Shown: piece by piece, positions 1 through 10,600 of the stretch
How the letters are laid out: each line of letters begins with the position of its first letter
Numbering within the stretch: the stretch's first letter is position 1
Assembly: GCF_006345805.1 (NCBI RefSeq)
Contig: NC_043000.1
Coordinates: 85,560,001 to 85,624,000 of the forward strand
Direction of reading: 5' to 3'
DNA length: 64,000 bases
DNA from: Octopus sinensis
Taxonomy: Eukaryota
Notes under the pieces: model-generated
The model's database searches: none
Told to the model about the DNA's origin: nothing
What the model saw: only the letters and a program-made list of their open reading frames with translations
Made by a program: the position numbers and the translations under genes

Positions 1-1562
1 TATGTACAATCTGACAACGCAAGATGTTATAAGAAGGGAAACTTATTGTTTACAGTATATAAAATTGCAGATAGATACAAACTTAAACTTTGTACACACT
101 GGTGTACAAAATGGTAAAGGCCATATCGACACTCATTTTGCTACAGCTATGAGGCATGTGTATATACATTTTAATATGGATCCAGATGTTATAACTCCTG
201 TTGAATTAGTTGATGTTTTAAGTGCTAATGGCAGTGTAAGTAGTACAGTGACAGAATTAGTTGGTATTAATAGGCCTGCTGTTGAACAGTTTGAACAGGA
301 AAACTTGGAGATAATTGGGAAATTACAAAACACGGGATCATATGGAAGTACAGTTTGATTCCACAAGAAATTCCGCTTCAGTTTATGGAAACTCGAACTT
401 ACCATTGACAGCAACACACAACCTTATCAATTGCACTACAAACAACATAAATGAAGGAAATTGTGAAAGCAAATCCGATGAAGAAGATTGTGCTTCCAAT
501 GAAAATGAAATATTTGATACAGACACTGTTGAAGATATTGGTGTTGTAGAGAAAGGTAGAGGCAGCTTAACAAAATGTATTGTTTATGGTGTTGAGGGGA
601 ATATCCCAGAGGAGCATCGTACTGGACTTACTGTAGCATCAAATATTAATGATTTGGATATGGAATCAGATGATGAAAATCCCCTACAATGTAATTTATG
701 TCACAGGGAATTTGCAACTGCCTACAAAATGGAAATCCATAATTGCAACAAGATTTAATCAGTCAAGCTATTGTTTATGCTAAAGATATATATGAATAGC
801 ATCAATTTCAGGTGATTAATACTAGTTCAAATGTTGACGAACTTAAGATGTTTGATCCCATTCATGAAGCGACCCAGCATAATAATGAGTGTTGTGGATT
901 TGAGACAGGGTGGGCAAGAACAAGAAAGCACGGTAATAAGTATGGTCGAAAGTATGTGGATCCATTTAAACAAGAAATTATTGATATGTGTAATTTAGGT
1001 AATGGAAACGAAGCTATGAAATGAGGTCCAGGTAAAATGGTAGTGGAACTTAAACGTAAACATCCTGGGTGTTTGGGTTTACCATTGGAAACAGAAATTC
1101 GAACTGTTATTTCATCCTTGATGGTAAAGAAAAGAAAGGGACAATCAACATTATATAATGCTAGCCGTGGAATACATGAGCCATTCAAGTCAACAATCCT
1201 GGAAATATTTTGGGAAGAACCTAATGTTACACCACACAGGGCATGGGAATTGTTCCAACAAAGACATCCTCCAGACGATGATATATCCATGTATCCAAAT
1301 GAGGCAAAGATAAAGAGCAAAATATCTTCTTTAAAGGTTAAGTATAGGAAAACAGATGAAATACCTTAGAGATTTAAAGAAAACATTGTAACTTTTCGAA
1401 AAATTGACATTTTAAAGAAAATAAAGTATTTTCGAGAATTTTATAAATATGCAACACAAAATAGATAATACTGCAGCTATAGCACAATTTTCCTGAGTTT
1501 TAGTAGTTTAGGGCTCTACAAAATTGGGTCAAACTTCCATAATCTGAGTCATGTAACGATTC
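1..1562 (+). mobile_element. 3' part of a degenerate DDE DNA transposon, tentatively Sola3-like, with a probable right terminus
   Basis: Consecutive ORF pieces 2-358, 315-758 and 812-1369 (internal TGA at 1022-1024) give FVHTGVQNGKGHIDTHFA, a CxxC..H..C finger (CNLCHREFATAYKMEIHNC) and GWARTRKHGNKYG...LPLETEIR. The sequence ends ...GAGTCATGTAACGATTC followed by TTAA at 1563-1566. Family assignment is from recalled motifs, not a search. Confidence 0.55.
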
Positions 1563-1789
1563 TTAAAAATTAATAATTTTGGTAGCACCAATATTTTAGT
1601 TACTTGAGGTCTTTCACTTCAGCTATGACTACAGATTGGTCTCCTGATTAACTTTTGAAGTACCTTTTAGTGTTTTGTTTGTTTGTTTGTTTTTTTGTTT
1701 ATTTATGCTGACTCTTACATTATGTATAATAGATTTCTTCCACTTCTATTGGTGTTCATGATGAGATTTCAGAATCAAATTTCAAGAGC

Positions 1790-2345
1790 TAACATGTGCA
1801 GAAACACCTCCATGAAGACAAACAGGGGAACTAGAAAGAGTAAGACGACTTGGTTTAATTCACCATTTAACTTAGATGTTGCTACTAACATAGATGGGAA
1901 CTTTCTCATAAGACATTTCCCACCAACACATGAATACAATAAGCTTTTCAACACCCTTAATGTTATGGATAGATATTTTTTGCCTTGGTAATAATGCATC
2001 TCACATCACATACTACAACAAAAATTACACCCAAACAACCAACTTTTACTGCATAAATGCCTTTACTTGCTCACTCAGAAGATTTGTTGTTACTAAGCAG
2101 TTATACAGTAAGAATCAGTAACAGATGGTTTTAAAGGGATTATTTGAGGATTCACTGTGAACACTAAGAAAAACTTATCACCAGCATCAACTAACATTCA
2201 GGACAAGAGCCAATGGAAACTCCACACCCTAGTCCCAATTTATCTGGAAACTCAAAGATCAACAGAGAACTCTCCAAGATGGAGTATCATCAATAAAATT
2301 ACCCCTTATTTCAATGGAGCATGAAACTGCAAATTTTTGCCAAAT
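1790..2345 (+). mobile_element. Penelope-like element fragment (RT/GIY-YIG linker and GIY-YIG endonuclease)
   Basis: RKSKTTWFNSPFNLDVATNIDGNFLIRHFPPTHEYNKLFN resembles the PLE linker WFNPPF...TNIG..FL..HFP...LHKIFN. Downstream LSQFIWKLKDQQ...WSIINKITPY...NCK resembles the GIY-YIG C-terminus. Frameshifted. Confidence 0.75.
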
Positions 2346-2870
2346 TGCATGCTTCCAAATGAAAGCTATCATCAGAGGAAAAGATGAAAGATGGATGAAG
2401 TCCATAGGCAGGCAGTTCTGCTAAATACAGTAAATTGCTTTGCTAATATCAAGTGAACCAAAACTGTTTTACTCAATTTCTAAAGAGTTAAAAGCTCACT
2501 GATAACATAGGTAGGAGAGTAGGCTGTATCCAGTAGCTTTCAAAAATTGTATTAGTAGTCGTTAATAGTGGAAAAGGAATTCAAGGTGAATATTGTTTGG
2601 ATAGACCCACAGTGACATATTTTCAGCCACCCTGACACGTCATCAGATATGTGTGAAAACTCATCTATCCATATGGCATTTAAGTCTTTATCAGTTCACT
2701 CTTTACTTTTTTCACACATTCCTCTTGAACATCCTGAACATGTGCCTGAAAATTCAAAGCCTTCCAATTCAAATTCACCAAATCTAAGTCTGGAATGGGT
2801 GGCTTCCCTTACACTAAAGACAGCAATATATTTGATCACAGGGTCCAACACAGCCGATTAGAATTGACCT
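2345..2870 (-). mobile_element. Degenerate CR1/L2-type LINE RT fragment
   Basis: About 330 bp are clearly homologous to 5780-6110, and are reverse-complement homologous to the RT region at 21780-22060. Confidence 0.65.
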
Positions 2871-3744
2871 AACTGGTGCACTACATTGCAGACATAGCTT
2901 CAACCATTTACCTTATTACCTGCCTAATTACACTTGAACTTTACATGTGTGAAACTCAGCAATGGAATCGACCCTTAACTGATTCCGTATATAATTGATT
3001 AAAATAAAGTAAGTACAAATTAATGAAAAAATTTTATTCATGAAGACCATTATTTTAATATCCATTATTCTTTGTTAATGTAAGACAGTGAATGGATCTG
3101 CAAAATAGACACATTCACTACATCCCAATCATGTATCATTGTGAAGTTCACAAGTCCAATCAAATGACTTTTTTTTTACATTCAGTAGACAGATCAAAGA
3201 CATTATTGACCACTTGCTTTATTAACTTACAAGTTTTCTCTTAAAAAGTCTACAACACATCCTACTCAAATTGCTCCTTTCTGATCAGAGAATACAGTAT
3301 TGTATATATATGTGTGTGTGTAAGTGCAATCTACAGTCACATTCAGCATTACATACATTATATATTATCATCAGCTAAACAGAAGGCTTTGATCAGCCCC
3401 TGAGTATAGCAGAAGACACTTGCTTAAGATGCTGAACCCAAAAGCATTTCTTGCCAATAGAAATGACAATTCCCTAAATTTGTCCATCCATGGACCTCTA
3501 GCTACTATGCTATTAACTAATCTCACAGCAAGTGCATCAGTTAGTTAACAGAATTATATAATATATCCACTAAACTTCAATAGAATCTGCAATGAAATCC
3601 CTCCTTCAACTGGCATTCAGTTTTCAACATTTGTGTGATAATTTCAAGGACCAGAATGAAGAAAATCAGTACTTGCTCATTTCTATGTTAATTGCTTTAC
3701 AGAGTTCAATACTGATTTTAACACACAGATATTTCAAATTAAAA

Positions 3745-4148
3745 TTAATGGCAGTTAAGAACAAAGGGCAGGAGAGGCTCTTATGTATGCTATTTGCTTT
3801 TAGTAAAAGCAAATAGCATACATGAGTCAATGAAGCTTGTCATCAGGTGAATTAAAATGGGATTAAGGAAAACACTCACACACTTGCAATAATAATCATT
3901 TCTGCTTCACACTTTGATAGTATTTATAAAACTTGTCAGTATATAACAAATATCTTACTTCACCAAAATCTTAATTTTTTTTCTTCTATTTTGTTAGTCC
4001 TAACAAAATTTCAGCATTTTACTGATAGTAAGTATTCTTTGATATTTCGATTTATTTAATTTTCTTTCCTTAATCCTATTTTAATTCATCTGATGACAAG
4101 ATTCATTGACTCTACAAAAAGCAAATAGCATACTTAACTGCAATTTAT
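3745..4148. mobile_element. MITE-like foldback element with ~75-85 bp terminal inverted repeats
   Basis: The left arm (GCAGTTAAG..GTATGCTATTTGCTTTT..GAGTCAATGAAGCTTGTCATCAGGTGAATTAAAATGGGATTAAGG) matches the reverse complement of 4063-4148. The left arm carries two short insertions. Confidence 0.7.
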
Positions 4149-4889
4149 TTTATGGAAAAAAAGTTCATTTTAATTGAAATATCTGTTAATGTGTGTGCAT
4201 GCATGTGTGTATACACACACACACACACAATATGTAGAACTTTATTTCAGTATATTCCTAAAAATTTTGTAACACACCAACATGTTGCAGTATTTCAAAA
4301 GTTAAACATCTTTACTTATAAATTTGTTCAATCTACTAAAGAATTGATAATTGTTTTACTTTTAATAAATAAAAACAACAGACGTTACTGAACTGATATG
4401 TGTTCCAAAAACTTATCTATGAACTTTAGTTCAGTTTAATCACTTGTTGATATTACATATTCCTACTGTCACAGTTTTGTCAAATTTGTAAAAGCTGAAA
4501 TGAAGGAAAATATCTGGAGTGGACTTTTATTTTGATTTCCATAGAAAAATAATGATATCCTACTGAATATGTTGCTTATGCAGCAGTTTAAACAATTTAA
4601 ATAATTATTGCGCACAGTAAAGGAGCCTCTGACACTATAAAACATTTTCTTTTGTTTAGTACATATACTGCAACATAAGTTTCAAAATCAATTGAAAATC
4701 TTGAATAAGTGAAGATTTTCAATAACAAATGCATTTAATGAAAAAAAAAACAATCAATTTAAAGCAAATATTATATTTTAAACTGTTTTATAGAAAAAAA
4801 TTCAGTGAGTCATTATTCTTTTATTATTCCCAGTTTTAGCCTGTAGGATGTGGCCATACTGGGGCAGTGCCTATAGTTTTCTTTATTGG

Positions 4890-6110
4890 AACTGATCTGG
4901 AGGAATAGGTTGTGCCAATGGGCCTTACAGACTGAGACCAGTGAGATTGACGTGGTTAATAATCCTTGAGAATAGTTGCAAGTTAACATTTGTGGGGAAC
5001 TACATGGTCAAGAAAGAAATTCCAGATGACTAAGTTTTGAGGAGTTGAACGAAGAAGTAAGTCCACAAGAAGAGGAGGGAGAGAGCTCAATGAGTGAAGA
5101 GAGATGAGTCAGGAATGAGAGGAGGTGTCACACAAAAAGGCACCTCTAAGAAGCAGAGACCATTATACTAGAAGAAAGACAGAGTGAGAATGCAGCACAT
5201 CTGCAAGCCAGAAGTGGGAGAGTGTTGCTAAGTGGCATCATGCTAATCACTTAGGTGGTCTTTTTTTTTTAGAGATTTACAACTATATTTGTATACGTAA
5301 CAGCAGCACTATTCCAGATGTGAAAGCAGTACTTCATTACAAGTCTCATTTGAGTTTTATAAAGGCTAGTGGTAGCTGGTGGCTGAAATACTGTCTAGTC
5401 CTGAAGGAGCAAGCAAGTTTGCAATGCAGTGTGTGAAATTCCTGTACTGAAACGGGGTAATAATTGTGTCTTTGAGCTGTTCAAGGAGACAAGATTGAAG
5501 GGACTGCATCAGAGGATGATTACAATGTCTCTGTTCATGGAATCAGTGCAGGTTTGGCATGAGATGTTTTAGGTTAGGGTGCAATGAAGGATGGTATCAT
5601 TTACATAGGCATTGCTGGACTTGATGGCAAATAACCTTGATGTAGCAGAGGAAGAGTGAGGGAGAAAAAACAAACTTTATGGCACACCAGAGTAGAAAGA
5701 GCCTCCTTTAGCATGTGCTGTTATGTTTCCACCTAACAGGAAGCCTCTGATCTAAGAGATGAAACATGAATGGAGTCCATAGAAGGCAGTTTTGCCAAGA
5801 GATCTGCATGCCAGATACAGTAAATGTTTTGCTGATATCAAGTGAAACAAAACGTTTTTGCCCAACTTCTAAAGAATTAAAAGTCCACTGACAACAAAGG
5901 TATGAGAGTATCCAGTAGATACAACCTTTCAAAAATTGTATTAGTTGTTATTAATAGCAGAAAAGGAATTCAAGGTGAATATAGTTTGGGTAGATCCAGA
6001 ATGACATATTTTCAACCATTCTGATATGCATCATCAGATATATGTGAAAATGCACCTATTCATATGATATTTAAGTCTCTTCAGTACACTCTTTACTACT
6101 TTCACACATT
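4890..6110 (-). mobile_element. Degenerate CR1/L2-type LINE (RT and 3' region)
   Basis: Minus-strand ORF 5708-5932 contains FVSLDISKTF..SGMQ, a degraded ALDISKAFDRVWH RT motif. Confidence 0.7.
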
Positions 6111-6672
6111 AATCTTTTACATTACATTTCTGTACAACAGTTGTCTTTCTTGATTGTAATAAGCAATACCTCTAATACATGATTACTTTCTCCATAAATT
6201 CCTGCTGTATATCCAATAGTTTTTAATCTCCATCATTCATTGAACAACCTCATACCTCTGATACATGGCATCACATAATCAACACTTTATACTAACAAAG
6301 TATTATTTTCATGTTAGTTTTCAAAACTTTTATTTTGTTACTTTATAAAACTTACCCCTCTACTGAGGATTTTCTTCCTACCTTTGTTCCTCTTGAAGAA
6401 TCTATTAACTAGCATTGCTATACTCAATATTAATTTGAGAAGCACATTTCAATCCCAGCATAGACAATGTGGTTCTCAGTATTCTGTTTGTTTCCAAGAA
6501 AATCTAGTTCTCACTCTCATTTTACTAACATGTGTTATAGATGGCAACATCACATCATAAGCGATAAGTCCAGTATTTTTAAAGTAAATTCATAGACTAA
6601 ATGTACTTACAGGGAATTTGAAGCTAATATAGGCTAATATGATCTTGCCTCTCGATAACCAAAACATTAAAC

Positions 6673-7010
6673 TCATCAATCATCATCATTTGATATCCAC
6701 CTTCCATGTTGGCATGGGTTGAAGAATTTGACAGGATCTGATGAACCAGAGGATTGAAATAAGCTCCAGTGTCTTCTTTGGCATACTTTCTAGTTTGATG
6801 CCCCTCCTAATGCCAACAACCATTTTACAGTATGTACTAGGTGATTTTATTTTCAAGGAATTGACAATAGTGAGGTCATTGAGTAACTGGCAAGACAAAA
6901 AAAAAAGCCCCCTCAACAGCAAGGGGTTGTAGAAGAGATGAAGGTGGCATTACGTCAGATGCTGAACAACTAAAGTATGATAGGACAGGCACAGAGATAC
7001 AAGGCTACTC
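6673..7010 (-). mobile_element. Detached 3' end of RTE LINE family (older subfamily)
   Basis: (CAT)n tail on the plus strand followed by the conserved TTCCATGTTGGCATGGGTT / GGATGCCC motifs of the RTE 3' UTR. Similar to 31750-32020. Confidence 0.7.
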
Positions 7011-7144
7011 TGCTCCACTCCATTTACACCCACCAATCCTCATATAATTTGAGATGGGCATGTATCTCCTCTATAGAAACAAACTTACTTCAACCAAACA
7101 CCTTTTCTACTATTCTCTTTCTCAGTTGAGGGAGCTCTTTTGTT

Positions 7145-7300
7145 TTTTGAGTGGTTGGTAATAGGAAGGTCATCCAGTCACAGAAATCGTGCCAAAACTG
7201 AGACAGTATAAGACATGGTCCAATGACCCATTGGATTCTGTTGAATTGTTTTACCCATGCTGGTATAGAAAACAGACATGAAATGTAAATGCTGATGTTA
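7145..7300 (+). mobile_element. Detached 3' end of RTE LINE family
   Basis: GAGTGGTTGGTAATAGGAAGGTCATCCAG...CCCATGCTGGTATAGAAAACAGACAT matches the RTE 3' UTR in sense orientation. Confidence 0.65.
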
Positions 7301-7521
7301 GTCTAGAGTTCACTGAATGAAATCTCTTTATACTATAACTAGAATAGACATGAAATCAGTTACTTGACAACAATAAGAACAACACTCTTCTATAAGCATT
7401 GACACCCAAATAAAACCCTAGGATGGGAGACAATCAACTGGAAAGTTGCAATCCAGACAACTTGAATGGGAAAAACTGAAATGTGAATATCTAAAGTGCT
7501 TTTGAAAAAGAAAAAGTGTAC

Positions 7522-7682
7522 CTCAATATTTTGTCATTCTCTTCATTGAGTTTGTCAGCATCCTTTGATTTCTGCTGCATCCACCGTTCAACAAGGTCAC
7601 GATTATCTTCTTGGCACTTACGGTACTTCTCCTCAAGAGCAGTAAAAGCTAATTGTAAAGCTTGATGCTCATCTTTCAGCAT
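7522..7682 (-). CDS. ATG16L1: ATG16L1 exon 6 (coiled coil)
   Basis: [53 protein letters not shown] vs human [51 protein letters not shown]. AG at 7684-7683, GT at 7521-7520. Confidence 0.97.
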
Positions 7683-10600
7683 CTAGATTAATAAACAAGA
7701 GGAATTTGTATGTATTAACTGAAATAAGAAGTGGAAAAGCAGTTTCTTGAGTGGGGGGATTTTATGTATGTAAAGATTTTAAATGAAATTACAAAACAAC
7801 ATCTAGACATTTTTAGTTCCCTATCTTAAGTAGTAAAGCTATAATTGTTAGTGACCTTTTCAGGTCACAAGTTCTAGATATTCTTTAAAGTGACAATTTA
7901 TAATAAGGAGATCAATCTGAATTTTTTTCTCTTCATTATGTCTTTGGCAATCACTCCTTTTCAATAAAATAAATATTTTTATTAACAATCTCTATTTTGT
8001 CAAAAAAAAAAAAGGTTTTGTGACTGATTGACAAAGACACACTCAAATATATTGTAACCACTAATCCACATGCATGGTGTTTCTTCTCTCTGAACCACCA
8101 AGTGCCATGTCATTTCAGCACATGCTCCCTATCCAAAATCTGCAAACACTTCAGGAATTCTCCTTTTGCTCACATTTTTTCCTTTTGGCTTCCAATGTCT
8201 GGAACTTCAAACGAAACATCATAATTTTAAAACTATGCTAAACCATTTTACAAGGAAAATTCCTCTATGTTTTTGCTTTATTTTGAAATGCATCTATAAA
8301 AATATATTATTTAAAAATGAAACTAATATTTCTTATTTCATTTTTCAGATAAACATAATGACTTGTATGTAGGATTTAACAGTGTAAAGGAAAGATAATA
8401 TCTTTAGGAAATCTCTATGAATTTCAGTAAGCAAACTGAAAATCTTCCTCTTCATTCATGGCTGGCTATAAACTATTATATACTCCAGCGTTTACACCAC
8501 ACAGGTGAAACTGCAACTGAACAGACACTGTACATGCTAAAAATAATTTATATTATAACCAATACAGAAGAGCAAGAAGTAGTGAACTAATAGTCCTGAT
8601 TATCTTACATTGAAAAACAGTGGTGCATGGACTAGTGGTTAGGGTGTTTATTCATAATCATGAGATAGTGGGTTCAATTCCTTGACTGGGCTGTGCATTG
8701 TTCTTGAGCAAAACACTTCATTTCACATTGCTTTGCAACCACTATGACACCTGATGCCCAGCACATCATGCACCTGTACAGGCAATGTCAGTCTGATGGA
8801 AGGAGTGAGCTCAGTGCAGTACAAACATTTGATTATAAACAAATCATCTGTGCATGTTGTTCAACAAGAAATTGCAGAACTATCTTTCTTGGGCTCAAGA
8901 GACTACCATTATTATTATATATTGAAAAACAGTAATGATTAGGGAACATTTATAAGGTTAATTACATTAATAAATTGATACACGATCTAAAACCTAAGGA
9001 ACTTGATTTTTTTTCTTTCATCTCAACCCTGTCAGAGTATCTACACATTGTTCAATAATGCTATTTACTTACTGTGCAAATGCTGTTTTTATATAAATCA
9101 AACTTTTTGTCAATTATCTGCCCTTCTGACTGCACATTCACCACAACCCACTACTCTTGATCTCAGTTTGAATAATCAGACATGCACAAATTATGCAAAC
9201 TAAACTTAGTTATGTTCTCAACTAAAATACATTAAAAAAAATCTCTAAGGCATAAAATATTAATCCTTAAACAGTTTCTAACACTACAGTCAGAAATGGA
9301 TCACTGCTTACAGATTTTCAATAACACAACCACCATATTCAGCTACACATTGCACTAAGTCAAACTTTGCTCTTCATTTTTCCCTCTGAATACTTCTCCA
9401 TGACAATAATATCCTCTTTACAAATGAAAAAAGCCAGTTGTCTTGCCTTTTCCCATTTCACCTACACCCACAATGCTTCAACATCATAAAGCTGAACTTC
9501 TGTGGAACTTGTTTATTGTCTATGTCTTTACTAACTACTACTTAGTTGTAGTTGTTTAATTAAAACATAACACTAACACGTCCCTCAAACAGAAAAATTT
9601 TAAATTTCATTTTTTGGAGAGTTCAACTTCACTTAGCTTTTGACAAAAATAAAATCACAGATAATCTTCTGAAATAATAGATGTTTTTGGGGTTTTTTTT
9701 TAACCCAAGACACATAATTAGATAATCTTTTAAAATATAGCTGCATCATTTACTACATTAAAATTTGAATGATTGAAACAAAACTGCAAAAATTTGAAAA
9801 ACAAGCAAAAGTCAACAGAATAATTAGCATCACACAATTTAAACACATTGGCCAAATACATGATTATAAAAATGTACTGTATTTTAAAAGAAAATTAAAG
9901 AAAGAAACTGTATTAGAAACATTACTTGGTTGGTTGCTTCAAGTTCTAAAATAGTTTGTTCTAAATTTTTATTTGCTGATCGGAGACCTCCATTCATAGC
10001 TTCAACCTCTAAAATCCTAAATAAAACAAAAACTTTATGTAAATCAATTCTTTTAATGTTTTAAATTCTGTTTCCCGACCCCACAATCTAACAAGCTAAC
10101 ATTTCTGCATATTAAGAAAATGGTAGATGTTTTCAGTACAGATAGCTGACACTTTTACCATGGGACAATGACAGTTAAGTCTCATGCTTACAAAAACACA
10201 ACTCTTGAGGCTATATTTCATGCTTTGTAGAATAAAACCTTTATTTCTGTTGCTTACTGTGACCACCTTAATACAATCCTCATCACTTTGATATTAACAT
10301 TGCACAAATTTTAATAAAGCAACTTTAATGCAACTTGATCTTATGTACTTGCCCCAACATTCTCACTTCTTGCACTTCTACAAGTATTTTCTTCCAGCAA
10401 TTTTTTGGCAATATTATTTCTCTAGTACACATTGTTCAATGCTTTTCATATCCCATTACTTGCTCCAAAATTCATTCCGTATATATGTCATTTTAAAAGA
10501 CAAATTATTAAACTCAGTTCCTTGAGTGTCGATAAAATAAGTACCAATCAAGTACTGGGATAGATGTAATTGACTAACACCCTTCTCACAAATTTCTGAC

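Noticed and set aside
4457-4494. Candidate 38-nt microexon (TTTTCCTTCATTTCAG|...|GTAATA; FYKFDKTVTVGI)
   Set aside because: Good acceptor but no ATG16L1 homology. Such signal pairs are expected by chance in AT-rich introns.
4691-4723. 12-bp perfect inverted repeat with 9-nt loop
   Set aside because: Short and very AT-rich, so plausible by chance in 64 kb of this composition.
6356-6401. Candidate ATG16L1 exon 7 (TTAATAG|...|GTAAGT; open in the needed phase, FFKRNKGRKKILSRG)
   Set aside because: Weak pyrimidine tract and no similarity to the expected RQARLQKELAEAAKE segment. Only RNA-seq junction reads could rescue it.
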